A stretch of DNA of 64,000 nucleotides from Acidobacteriota bacterium (GTDB taxonomy: Bacteria; Acidobacteriota; UBA6911; RPQK01; JAJDTT01): assembly GCA_965209055.1 (NCBI GenBank), contig OZ242374.1:3648001-3712000 (forward strand), written 5' to 3'. The notes below the pieces were generated by a model. It made no database searches. It saw only the letters and a program-made list of their open reading frames with translations, and had not been told where the DNA came from. Shown here one piece after another: positions 41,101-49,778 of this stretch (its first letter is position 1; each line of letters opens with the position of its first letter). The position numbers and the translations under genes are program-made.

Positions 41101-41445
41101 GCCGATCCGTCGGTGACGGACGGAGACCGCGGCGCCAGCGTGGTGGCGCCGCAGGCCTTGTTCCTGATGAACGATTCTCTGGTGCTGGAGAACTCGCGGC
41201 GGATGGCCACCGGACTCCTGGCCAGGGAAGACCTGGACGAGGCCGCACGGGTCCGCGTGGCCTACGAGCGCGCGTTGGGCCGTCTGCCCAACCAGGAGGA
41301 GTCGCGCCGCGCCCTGGAATTCGTGGCCCGCATGGATGCGGGCTGGCGAGACCGGGTCGAAGAGCCCGGCGAACGCCGCCTCCGGTCCTGGCAGGGATTC
41401 TGCCAGGCGCTGATGGCGTCGAGTGAATTCGCGTATCTGAATTAG
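38128..41445 (+). CDS. Planctomycete cytochrome c + DUF1549 + CBM-like insert + DUF1553 protein
   Basis: IRPLLAEHCYACHS, WLDVARYADSNG, CARCHDHKFDP, beta-sandwich-like AEYDI...AGPY...LEAGPNTLRL, APQALFLMN. Confidence 0.9.
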   Translation: MELGNWKIPAPWLLAVLLSQPLLAGSADDGEYFEKKIRPLLAEHCYACHSSTSQPVMGGLILDQEEGFRKGGSRGSPVVAGDPGSSLLIRAVTHQDDKLRMPLAGRLADREIALLTDWVRMGAPWGMTADPDQTASGTEGFWAFEPPVEPSRPQVRRVDWVRSPIDRFILARLEAEGLEPAPAADRRTLIRRATFDLTGLPPTIEEIRDFLQDRSPGAYSRLIERLLSSPRYGERWGRHWLDVARYADSNGLDENMAYTTAFRYRDYVVQALNRDKPYDQFVREQLAGDLLPETGDLETTLERWTATGFLSLGPKMLAEDDPVKMRMDIIDEQLDTSFRAFLGLTVGCARCHDHKFDPVSIRDYYSLAGIFRSSKTMEHHDVVAEWHEHVLAPAHDRHQLRQQREKIEAKTKAIESVTKRENKKLVQEGRTRVGAYLLAAQELAEYRKIRLKSVFEGRNPEGEPLAVREAGSWERGNVERELKKGKTNIPDAEGSDAPPDAYFAEYDIRTPAAGPYQLEFLEAETGAGTADIHINGTLVKRGIEAIENRTASPDSGGWMVAGIFDLEAGPNTLRLEHKTRFPYFEKLLLTPNPLPEGAPIPRTLVQVAHRDGLNPVFLYQWIDRLRRSRGAPYSVLYAWHARADGISREGWQSPAARLFQDFEATGLAELAAQYQKQFRLAEEAWRALVREREVVTRKFSTVRADDEIEETKLEDPALEAMRAILYEKWGPFRPPEKTTEYFPEAALRELDALEEERKKLEEGKPDLPTAMGITEGQQIDDLAIHLRGSHWDLGEKVPRGFPGLGRKSLEQLRDPASSGRLELANWITRDDNPLAARVMVNRIWRWHMGRGLVASTDNFGRLGDAPTHPDLLNWLAIRFVEGNWSLKRMHRLIMLSATYRMSTRYSAEGSEKDPENRLLWRMNRRQLEAEAIRDSILAVSAYLDLKPGGSLLGQSGREYIRPGTRYDWNRRSIYLPVVRSSMYDFLRAFDFADPSVTDGDRGASVVAPQALFLMNDSLVLENSRRMATGLLAREDLDEAARVRVAYERALGRLPNQEESRRALEFVARMDAGWRDRVEEPGERRLRSWQGFCQALMASSEFAYLN

Positions 41446-41456
41446 AGGTTCGTGCT

Positions 41457-42887
41457 ATGGACTCACATTGGAACAGTCTGTTGGGGAACCGGGTTTCGCG
41501 CCGGGAAATGCTACGGGCCAGCAGTTGCGGCTTCGGCTCCCTGGCCCTGGCGGGCCTCCTGGCCGAGGAGGGCGTGGCCGCGGTTGCTGGGGACTCCGCC
41601 AATCCGCTGTCCCAGAGGCCGCCCCATTTCACGCCCCGGGCCAAGCGGATCATCTTCCTCTTCATGCACGGCGGCCCCTCCCAGGTCGATACCTTCGACT
41701 ACAAACCCCTGCTCCAGCGGGACCACGGCAAGCCGTTCCCGTTCCAGCGTCCCCGGGTGGTCTCCAGCGAGACCTTCAACCTGCTCAAGTCCCCCTGGGC
41801 GTTCAAGCGGCATGGCGAGAGCGGCCAGTGGGTGAGCGAGCTCTTTCCCAACGTGGCCGAGTTCGTGGACGACCTCTGCTTCATCAAGTCCATGCACGCC
41901 TCCAACTCTCGACACGGGGCGGCCCTGCTGGAGTTGCACACCGGCAGCGACACCTTCGTCCGGCCCAGCATCGGTTCCTGGCTCACCTACGGCCTGGGAA
42001 GCGAGAACCAGGACATGCCGGGATTCATCACCATCTGCCCCACTCAAGGGCACGGAGGAGCCAACAACTACGGATCGGCCTTTCTGCCCGCTCCCTACGC
42101 CGGCACCGCCGTCGGCACCAGCCGAATCGAGGCCAAGAACGCCAAGATCCCGTTCATCACCAACGAAAAGGTGCCCCGGGACATCCAGCGCATGCACCTG
42201 GATTTCATCCGGGAGATGAATCAGCAACAGTTGGCCCAAACGGGTCCCGACCGGAATCTGGAAGGCCGGATCCAGGCCTTCGAATTGGCGTTCCGGATGC
42301 AGGCCCAGGCACCCGGGTTGCAGGATCTCTCACGGGAATCCGAGGCCACGCGGAAGCTTTACGGCCTGGACGACCGGATGACCGAGGATTTCGGCCGCCA
42401 GTGCCTGATGGCCCGCCGTCTGGCCGAGGCTGGCGTCCGCTTCGTCCAGGTGAGTCACAGCTACAAGTGGGATCAGCACCGGCGGCTGCGCCGCGACCAC
42501 ACCCAGAACGCCCGGGAAGTGGACAAGCCCATCGCCGGCCTGCTCCGGGACCTCAAGGGGAGGGGTTTGTTGCAGGACACGCTGGTCCTCTGGGGTGGCG
42601 AGTTCGGCCGCACCCCGGTGGCTCAGGGCTCCGACGGACGGGACCACAATCCCCAGGGGTTCACCATGTGGATGGCCGGCGGCGGCGTGAAGCCCGGCTT
42701 CTCCTACGGCGCCACCGACGACTACGGCTACTACTCGGTGGAAAACAAGGTGCACATCCACGACCTGCACGCCACGATCCTGCACCTCATGGGGCTGGAC
42801 CATACCCGGCTGACCTACCGCTACGCGGGAAGGGATTTCCGGCTCACCGACATCCACGGCAACGTGATTACGGACATCATGGCCTGA
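41457..42887 (+). CDS. DUF1501 family protein
   Basis: Tat-like SRREML; [33 protein letters not shown]. Confidence 0.92.
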   Translation: MDSHWNSLLGNRVSRREMLRASSCGFGSLALAGLLAEEGVAAVAGDSANPLSQRPPHFTPRAKRIIFLFMHGGPSQVDTFDYKPLLQRDHGKPFPFQRPRVVSSETFNLLKSPWAFKRHGESGQWVSELFPNVAEFVDDLCFIKSMHASNSRHGAALLELHTGSDTFVRPSIGSWLTYGLGSENQDMPGFITICPTQGHGGANNYGSAFLPAPYAGTAVGTSRIEAKNAKIPFITNEKVPRDIQRMHLDFIREMNQQQLAQTGPDRNLEGRIQAFELAFRMQAQAPGLQDLSRESEATRKLYGLDDRMTEDFGRQCLMARRLAEAGVRFVQVSHSYKWDQHRRLRRDHTQNAREVDKPIAGLLRDLKGRGLLQDTLVLWGGEFGRTPVAQGSDGRDHNPQGFTMWMAGGGVKPGFSYGATDDYGYYSVENKVHIHDLHATILHLMGLDHTRLTYRYAGRDFRLTDIHGNVITDIMA

Positions 42888-42955
42888 GTCTCCGGCAGCT
42901 GCGGCATCCGCGCCGGTTCACCTCCCAGGATTCATCCAGCAACGAAAGGACCGAA

Positions 42956-43843
42956 ATGAGCAGTTTCAGAGGGCTCTATCCGGCCGTCATCACTCCCATG
43001 GACCGAGACGACCGGCTCAACGAAGAGGCTTTTCGGCAGGTCTTCGAATTCAACATCCGGGCCGGTGCCCACGGTTTCTGGGTGGCCGGCGGCAGCGGCG
43101 AGAGCGTGCTGCTCCAGCCGGACGAGAACCGGCGGGTCGCCGAGATCGCCGCGGACCAGTGCCGTGGCCGCGCAAGGACCATCATGCACGTGGGCGCGGC
43201 GACCACGTCGGCCGCCGCCGGCATGGCCGAACAGGCCGCCCGCGCCGGCGTCGACGCCGTCTGCGCCTTGCCCGGTTCCTTCTACGGAGCGGGTGCGGAC
43301 GAATCGATCGGCTACTACAAGGCCATCGGCGCGGCCGCCGACCTGCCCCTGTTCGTCTACAACCTGCCCGACGCCACCGGCCTGGAGTTCACGCCCGAAC
43401 TGATGAAGAGGCTCCAGGACGAGGTGCCTCAACTGGCCGGTCTCAAGCATTCGGCGGCCAATTTCAAGAACGTCTGGATCTTCGCCCGCATGGGCCTGGC
43501 CTGCTTCAAGGGTTTCAGCTGCCTGATGTTGCCGGCCCTGGTCGAGGGAGCCGTGGGGTGTGTGGACGGACCGCCCGGCGTGGCTCCCGAAGCCTTTCTC
43601 CAAGTCTGGGACGCGTATCAGGAAGGGGACTGGACGGGGGCCCGGAGGGCCCAGGACACGGCCACGGAGATCTTCGGCCTGTTCGACGGGGAGTACGGCC
43701 CCTACGTCGCCGTCCTCAAGGAGCTCATGGGAAGGCGTCTCGGAATCGACTGCGGAGTCCCGCGGCCTCCGGGAATGCCGTTGACTCGAGAGCAGGCGGA
43801 CCGTGTCTGGAACCGGTTCCGGGAGCTGATGCCTGAGGCCTGA
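42956..43843 (+). CDS. Dihydrodipicolinate synthase / N-acetylneuraminate lyase family protein
   Basis: GLYPAVITP, VAGGSGE, VYNLP, AGLKHS; RBS AAGGA before ATG at 42956. Confidence 0.88.
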   Translation: MSSFRGLYPAVITPMDRDDRLNEEAFRQVFEFNIRAGAHGFWVAGGSGESVLLQPDENRRVAEIAADQCRGRARTIMHVGAATTSAAAGMAEQAARAGVDAVCALPGSFYGAGADESIGYYKAIGAAADLPLFVYNLPDATGLEFTPELMKRLQDEVPQLAGLKHSAANFKNVWIFARMGLACFKGFSCLMLPALVEGAVGCVDGPPGVAPEAFLQVWDAYQEGDWTGARRAQDTATEIFGLFDGEYGPYVAVLKELMGRRLGIDCGVPRPPGMPLTREQADRVWNRFRELMPEA

Positions 43844-43851
43844 GCACCCAG

Positions 43852-43876
43852 GGAGGGGGGATTTTCAGTCCCCCTC
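43852..43876 (+). repeat. Single GGAG REP-like palindrome
   Basis: GGAGGGGGGATTTTCAGTCCCCTCT just after the stop codon; resembles the 21134-21159 copy. Confidence 0.5.
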
Positions 43877-43974
43877 TTCGATACCCCACTAACTGTTTGT
43901 GGCCTACGACAGAGGACCGTTGATATCCAAGACGACTCTGGCCAGCACGAATCTCCGGTTGTCCGAGTGTGGCG

Positions 43975-44208
43975 TCAGCCGCCCTTATTCGACGAGATAC
44001 TGGTCCGTTCAGCCTTGGCGTCTTTGGCCGCTTGAGTCACACATTTGAAATCCTCAGGCTGCCTGAGGGGCTTCACCGACCCGTAGGCCGACTCCAAGCT
44101 GAGGGTGCCTGCCGCCGAACGAACCTCAACGTCTGCCTCGGACCTCCGACTGTACCGGCCTTTGCGATTCAAAGTTTGATTGGGGCGTGAAATGCGCGTC
44201 TTCATCAA
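43975..44208 (-). pseudogene. Degenerate AbrB/MazE-type antitoxin remnant
   Basis: C-terminal LESAYGSVKPLRQPEDF resembles AbrB antitoxin tails; N-terminal part is poor. Confidence 0.35.
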
Positions 44209-44211
44209 CGT

Positions 44212-45780
44212 CTACTTGAATTGAAACGAGAACAGGCTCGCGTTCCGGATCCAGAAGCGGAGCTGGACGGGGCGGCCCTCCAGTGAACTCACGTCGCTGT
44301 TGCCCTGCCAACTGGCCTGGACGGCACCCCGGGCGGCCATGGGGTCCGACTCCTTCAACGAGAAGCCGGGCAGCGGCTGGGTCTGGTGATCCAGGATCTC
44401 CACCTTGATCTGGGGAATCCCGGCCCCATCGTTGTGCCGGGCGGCCTCCATGTTGACGTGCAGGCCCGAACCTTCGAAGCTGAAGGTCTGGGTGAGCAGA
44501 ATTCCGGGCTTGAGCTTTCCCGCGTCGATGGAGACGAATCCGTCCTCCGGCAGGGTCGCCAGGCCGGGCGCCCGCAGCGGCGCCTCACCCTCGGCCTCCT
44601 GCTTCAGATAGAGCTGTTCGGGCCCCCGCCAGTTGGCGCCCGTGTAGTAGATCCAGATCTTACCGCCTTGCATGATCGGCGCCTGGACGTAGACGCTGAC
44701 CGAATCGAAGCTCCCCTCGGGGCCGGGACGAACCAGGGGCTCGCGGAATTTCCGTTCGTAGTTCACGCCGTCGCGGCTGAAGGCCAGGGTGGGGTAGTGG
44801 AGGGTACGGGTAGTTCGAAAGATCCAGGGCAGGCCAATGTAGGTGCCCTCGTACGCCACCACCGGAAAGAGGTAGAACTCGGCATCCGGATAGTCGTCAT
44901 CATCCGGCAGCAGGATGTTCTGGGGGAGGCTCCAATTCGTGAAGTCGGGGCTTTCGGCCCGTCCCACTGTCCTGATGCCGGTGGGGCACCGGCGGTGCTG
45001 GCAATTCTCAATGTGGGCGGCGTAGACCTTCCGGATCGGGTCCCATCCCATGTAGTGGGTGGGGCCCCAGCGGCCCGGCTCCGGCGTCGTGTCCATCACC
45101 GGGTTGGTCGGCTCGGGAGTCCAGTTGAATCCGTCCGGGGAATAGTAGACGTGCAACTGCATGCCGGGCGGGTCCGTGGTGCGGGTCATTGCTATCGACT
45201 TGTACCGCTTGGCGGGATCGGTCCCGTTGGGGTCTTCGAAAGTCGGCGCCCGGCTGTCGGCCGGCAGCAGGTTGTTGTTGCGGCTGCCGTCGAACTCCAC
45301 CTTGCCCAGGTTCGGCTTCACCCAGTGGACTCCGTCCCTGGAGGTGGCGTAACAGAGCCTGTATTTGTAATTGTGGTAGATCCCCACGTAACGGTAGGGA
45401 GCTTCAACCCGCTCCCAGACGGCGCCGGTGTCGGTCCAGTGGTACTCGGAGAGCTGCCCGCCTGGTTCCGCACGCCATTCGCCGCTGGTGGAATACCACA
45501 TCTTGAAGAGCTTCTCCTCGGGGTCGTAAATGACCTTGCCCACGGGAGTGAGATGTCCCTCCCAGGGCTGGTCCGGACGGATGACCGGGTTGCTGGGCTC
45601 CTTGACCGCGGTGTTGAGGACTTGCTTGGCGTCGGTCAGGCTCTGGATCATGTAGTCGTCGATGAACAACTGCTTGCGATTGCCGATCTCCAACAGGCTC
45701 GGCACGTCGGAGGCGCCGTGGGCAGTGAAGGCGGACAGCATGAGAAGGCAGAGCATTCGCGTCCAAAGCTGGATTTTCAT
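44212..45780 (-). CDS. Secreted five-bladed beta-propeller glycoside hydrolase-like protein
   Basis: Signal peptide; FKMWY, YATSRDGVHWVKP.LG, SPDGFNW, WIYYTG; C-terminal beta-sandwich. Confidence 0.75.
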   Translation of the reverse strand: MKIQLWTRMLCLLMLSAFTAHGASDVPSLLEIGNRKQLFIDDYMIQSLTDAKQVLNTAVKEPSNPVIRPDQPWEGHLTPVGKVIYDPEEKLFKMWYSTSGEWRAEPGGQLSEYHWTDTGAVWERVEAPYRYVGIYHNYKYRLCYATSRDGVHWVKPNLGKVEFDGSRNNNLLPADSRAPTFEDPNGTDPAKRYKSIAMTRTTDPPGMQLHVYYSPDGFNWTPEPTNPVMDTTPEPGRWGPTHYMGWDPIRKVYAAHIENCQHRRCPTGIRTVGRAESPDFTNWSLPQNILLPDDDDYPDAEFYLFPVVAYEGTYIGLPWIFRTTRTLHYPTLAFSRDGVNYERKFREPLVRPGPEGSFDSVSVYVQAPIMQGGKIWIYYTGANWRGPEQLYLKQEAEGEAPLRAPGLATLPEDGFVSIDAGKLKPGILLTQTFSFEGSGLHVNMEAARHNDGAGIPQIKVEILDHQTQPLPGFSLKESDPMAARGAVQASWQGNSDVSSLEGRPVQLRFWIRNASLFSFQFK

Positions 45781-45921
45781 GGGCTCCTCTCTGGTAGGGA
45801 TCGAAGGGGTGACATGATTGTCCGGGAACACCGAAAAGTACCACACAGGTGTTAGCTGATCACGTCCGAGACGGCCTTCGGGTTCTTCTCCGAGACTGCG
45901 GCATGCCCGAACTCCGCGAAT

Positions 45922-46185
45922 TCAACTCGACGACAGTGCCAACTTGGCGGCCACGTCGGGAGAAACGGCGATCAGTTCTTGTCCGGTTGCAGCAGTGCTC
46001 GGCATAGGAATTTCCCACCGCTCCTGAATGTATCCCGCCAAAGCTGTCGCGAGCGCGTCCTCGGCCATCGCCAACGCTTCAATTCTGTCTTCGCCGCCGG
46101 TCAGCGCTTCGGGAACGTCTGGAAACGTGACAGAGAATCCGCCTTCTGGTTCGGGGGTCAGGACACAGGGGTAAACGTATTGCAC
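45922..46185 (-). CDS. hicB: HicB-family antitoxin (C-terminally truncated)
   Basis: YVYPCVLTPEPEGGFSVTFPDVPEALT.G...EAL.MAEDAL. Confidence 0.8.
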   Translation of the reverse strand: MQYVYPCVLTPEPEGGFSVTFPDVPEALTGGEDRIEALAMAEDALATALAGYIQERWEIPMPSTAATGQELIAVSPDVAAKLALSSS

Positions 46186-46186
46186 T

Positions 46187-46390
46187 TTAGAAGTCCTCCT
46201 TGCCGATGTTCGAATTCTATAGCATCCCAGGATGGGTACCCGGCTGCGTTCACCCCGCTTCACTTCGGCGAAACGCCGGCCCATCCACAACTGCGGGTGA
46301 CTGCCCTTGCCATGGTTGAGGACAATAGCGGAACCTTGTGGTCAACACAGTTCCGCATCTGCCGGACCACCGCGTTCGCCAAAACCCACC
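46187..46390 (-). pseudogene. hicA: HicA toxin pseudogene
   Basis: - strand HGKGSHPQLWMGRRFAEVKRGE, then a frameshift and stop (GML*NSNIGKEDF*) directly upstream of hicB; 5' limit approximate. Confidence 0.6.
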
Positions 46391-46471
46391 CCGGCTTTTC
46401 CCATCGGTTCCTACGGCGTAGAATTCCAGTTTCAATTGCGGGAGCGAAGAAAGCATGTCCGGGAGACAGCC

Positions 46472-47224
46472 GTGACTCGACTCGAGACTGAACTCCAGCG
46501 GCGAAGCCAGGCACAGCGGGCCGCCAACCGGAGCACCCGGGAGAACTGGCACTCCTTCACTCGGCACCGGAACCGGGTCATGGAGTTGTTGGGCGGCGAG
46601 AGCCGGCGTCAGGGCAAGGTCGCCATTCTGGGGGCAGGGAATTGCAATGACCTGGACCTGGTCCAGTTGGCGTCCGAGTGCGGCGAGGTCCATCTCTTCG
46701 ACCTGGACCGGGAGGCCATGGAGGGCGCGCTACTCCGCCAGGGAGTGCCGGAGCGGTCCAACATCCATCTTCGGGACGACCTGGATCTCTCCGGCCTCTC
46801 CGATTCGGAGCATGCCACGGGGCCGGATCCGGCGGCCGACTTCGACCTGGTGGTCTCCACCTGTGTCGTGAGCCAGCTCCTGGAGACGGTGAGCCGCGTC
46901 CTGCCACCCGGGCGCCACCGCGACCGGATCATGTTGCAGGTCCGGGACGCCCATGTTCGCCTGATGACCGGCCTGACGGCTCCCGGCGGGACCGGGATCG
47001 TGGTGACGGACATGGCCGAGGCCGATTCTGACCCCGATTCGCCCGCACCGCCGGAGACGGCACGAAAAGGCAGTCACTTTCTCGGTCTGGATCCGAAAGG
47101 GATTCGGCAAGCACTCGGGGCGGTTCGGAATCTGAAGCAGTCGGAGCCGTGGACCTGGCAGTTGGACCCGGTCCGGCGCTACCTGGTGCAGGCCGTCCGC
47201 TTCACCAAGTCCGCCGCCGGCTGA
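46472..47224 (+). CDS. Hypothetical SAM-methyltransferase-fold protein
   Basis: ILGAGNCNDLDL...HLFDLD...DLVVSTCVVSQL; start GTG inferred. Confidence 0.6.
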   Translation: MTRLETELQRRSQAQRAANRSTRENWHSFTRHRNRVMELLGGESRRQGKVAILGAGNCNDLDLVQLASECGEVHLFDLDREAMEGALLRQGVPERSNIHLRDDLDLSGLSDSEHATGPDPAADFDLVVSTCVVSQLLETVSRVLPPGRHRDRIMLQVRDAHVRLMTGLTAPGGTGIVVTDMAEADSDPDSPAPPETARKGSHFLGLDPKGIRQALGAVRNLKQSEPWTWQLDPVRRYLVQAVRFTKSAAG

Positions 47225-47244
47225 AGTTCCGTTGCCGCGGCTTC

Positions 47245-48297
47245 CTACCAGTCGACCCTGAGCCGGGTCCAGCGTACCCCGAACCGGCCCCCTTCCTGGG
47301 ACCAGTGAGTGGCCAGAAAGTCGCCGTCCTGGAGGCGGATAGCCGTGGGGAACCCGAACTGAAAGCCGCCGTACTCCTCGACACCGCGGCCGGTCGGCCC
47401 TTCCTGGCGGGTTCCCGGGTCGTACATCAGACCCTCGTAGTGAATCTCCCATCCTTCGTGAGAGAAGGTGACCAGGTTCATGACGATTCCCTGGTCCCCG
47501 TACCGCCGGTTGTAGAGGACCATGAGCCGGTCGCCGCCCAAGGGGATCGACGTCATGGTCTGGCCCCGGATCCCGGTGCTGCGGGGAGCGCTCCAGGTGA
47601 GGCCGTCGTCCCGCGAGAGCACATAGGAGTCCTCCTGGTCGACCACGTCCCCCAGGGTCACGGTCCAGCAGGTGGCGATCAACAGGCCGTCATCGGCTTG
47701 AGCCAGCTTCTGCTCCAGGTAACCCAGCTTCCCCTCCGGGTCTTCGAACACGACGGCGTGACGCGGCCACGTTTCTCCGCCGTCGTCGGAAACGGCCGCC
47801 AGGACCTGCTTGCCCAACGTGTCCGCCGAAACCAGGGTGGCGGCCGGCGCCAGCAGGCGCCCGGACCGCAGCGGGAGGATGCCGTGGGAGATCTCCAACT
47901 TCCTGTGCCCCTGCATGGGGATGGTGCGGCGAGCGGACCAGGTCCGTCCTCCGTCGGTGGAGCGGAGAAACACGGCCTCGTTTTCCGAATCGCCGAACAC
48001 CTTGGTGGCCCGGGCGTAGTGTCGGGATCCGTAGGCGTAGACGGTCCGGCCGTCCGAGGAAAGGCTCAGCTTGAGCGCGTTGGTGGAACCTCCGACCCGG
48101 GGAAGGAGCGTTCCTTCCACCTTCCAGGTTTCCCCTCCGTCTGTGGACCGGGCCCAATCCGAACCGCCGGTGACGTGAGCGCCGCCTCCCACGTTGAAGG
48201 AGCAGAGGATGTCTCCGCCGGGCAGTTGGACGGCCTGGGGAAACGCCGACTCACGCTCGTCGATCCGTCCCGTACCCAGAATCTCGATGGATGCCAT
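47245..48297 (-). CDS. BNR/Asp-box (sialidase-like) protein
   Basis: STDGGETW, STDGGRTW, SDDGGETW, SRDDGLTW. Confidence 0.85.
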   Translation of the reverse strand: MASIEILGTGRIDERESAFPQAVQLPGGDILCSFNVGGGAHVTGGSDWARSTDGGETWKVEGTLLPRVGGSTNALKLSLSSDGRTVYAYGSRHYARATKVFGDSENEAVFLRSTDGGRTWSARRTIPMQGHRKLEISHGILPLRSGRLLAPAATLVSADTLGKQVLAAVSDDGGETWPRHAVVFEDPEGKLGYLEQKLAQADDGLLIATCWTVTLGDVVDQEDSYVLSRDDGLTWSAPRSTGIRGQTMTSIPLGGDRLMVLYNRRYGDQGIVMNLVTFSHEGWEIHYEGLMYDPGTRQEGPTGRGVEEYGGFQFGFPTAIRLQDGDFLATHWSQEGGRFGVRWTRLRVDW

Positions 48298-48313
48298 ATT
48301 GGACTCGTCGGCG

Positions 48314-49642
48314 TCAGCCGGCCTGAATCGTCCGCTTCACGGGATCGAAGGTCATGCGCCGGCCGCTCCAATAGGAATCGGTGGACATGATGCAGGCGAC
48401 GGAATGACCGTAACCGGCCTCCACCGGACAGTGCAGCCGCTTGCTGTCCCGGGCGCGAATGGCGTCCAGCCAGTTGGCGACGTGGCTCCTTTCGCCCGGC
48501 GCATCGGGAATGGGGACCTGGTCCTCGATCTTGCCGTCCGCCTCCACTCCCCGGCCCGAGAAGTGCCAGGGAACGTTGGGGTTGGCGCTGGGCTCGGCCC
48601 GGCCCTCGCTCCAGTCTTTCCTGTTGGTGGAGCCGCCGGCCTCGAAGCTGCCCAGTGTGCCGTGCACCTGCGTCGCCTTGCCGTATCCGTTGATCAGGTT
48701 GGTGGAGTAGACCATGAGGAATTTACGGCCGTCCTTTTCATACTCCAGCGAGACTTCGATGGTGTCGGCGTTCTCCCGCCAGTCCTTCCAGGCGTAGATG
48801 CCGCCGTGGGCCACGGCGTTCAGGGGGTAGGAAGTGCCGGTGAGCATGTGGGCCATGTCGATGCCGTGGGTCATCCACTGGTCGATGATGCCGCTGGAGA
48901 AGTCCTTCCAAAGGCGGAAGCAGCGGAACACCCTGGGATCGAAGGGGCGGTGCGGCTTGCCCATGAGCCAGGTGTTCCAGTCCACGTCGCTCTCCCTGAT
49001 CTTGGCCAATTGCTCGTCCGACTTGGCCCAGCGGTAGGCGCTGTACCAGCTCCAGTGGAGGTCGACCTTGACCACGTCACCGATGATCCCGTCGGCGATC
49101 ATCCTGGCCGCCTGCCGGTACTTGGGAGAACTCCGCCGCTGGGTGCCGATCTGAACGATGCTGCCCGATTCCTTCACCGCGTCCAGCGCCGCGTTGGTCT
49201 CCGACAGGACGTTGCCCATGGGCTTCTCGCAATAGGCGTCCTTACCCGCCTTGGCGGCCATTTCCAGGATCTGGGCGTGAGCGTGATCCGGAGTGGCGAT
49301 GATGAGAGCGTCGATTTCCGGGTCGTTCACGATCTGTTCGTGGTGCTTGTAGACCTTGGGGGACGACCCTTGCCTTTCCTCGGTCAGCGCCTTCGCTTGG
49401 TCCCGCGCGTCGTTCCAGACATCGCAAACCGCCGTGAGGCGGGCGTTGAAACGCTGGTTATGATCGAAAAACTCCCTCATGATGCCCCGGCCGCGGCCGC
49501 CGGGACCGGCGATGCCGACCCGGATCTGGCCGTTCACGTCACGGGACTTGGCGATAGCGGGAAACCCGGCCAGTGCGAGTCCGGCTCCGGCTCCGGCCGA
49601 ACGGGACAGGAAGGAACGCCTGTTGATGGAAGATTGACTCAT
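48314..49642 (-). CDS. Tat-exported Gfo/Idh/MocA oxidoreductase
   Basis: NRRSFL, GIAGPGGRG, ATPDHAH, YCEKP, QIGTQRRS. Confidence 0.92.
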   Translation of the reverse strand: MSQSSINRRSFLSRSAGAGAGLALAGFPAIAKSRDVNGQIRVGIAGPGGRGRGIMREFFDHNQRFNARLTAVCDVWNDARDQAKALTEERQGSSPKVYKHHEQIVNDPEIDALIIATPDHAHAQILEMAAKAGKDAYCEKPMGNVLSETNAALDAVKESGSIVQIGTQRRSSPKYRQAARMIADGIIGDVVKVDLHWSWYSAYRWAKSDEQLAKIRESDVDWNTWLMGKPHRPFDPRVFRCFRLWKDFSSGIIDQWMTHGIDMAHMLTGTSYPLNAVAHGGIYAWKDWRENADTIEVSLEYEKDGRKFLMVYSTNLINGYGKATQVHGTLGSFEAGGSTNRKDWSEGRAEPSANPNVPWHFSGRGVEADGKIEDQVPIPDAPGERSHVANWLDAIRARDSKRLHCPVEAGYGHSVACIMSTDSYWSGRRMTFDPVKRTIQAG

Positions 49643-49778
49643 GGCTCATACTCCGTCAGGTTTGATCGGCGGGTTCCGGTTGTCGGAACCGATTGGACAA
49701 TGGTAGCGAAGCGGTGGGACCGCGACAAGGCGGATACGGCCCCTAAACGTAAACACTGACTAAGGATAGGAACCCCCC

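Noticed and set aside
41468-42955. 791-aa ORF suggesting a fusion with the DHDPS-family gene
   Set aside because: The N-terminal part is an off-frame overlap of the DUF1501 gene; the real gene starts at 42956 with its own RBS.
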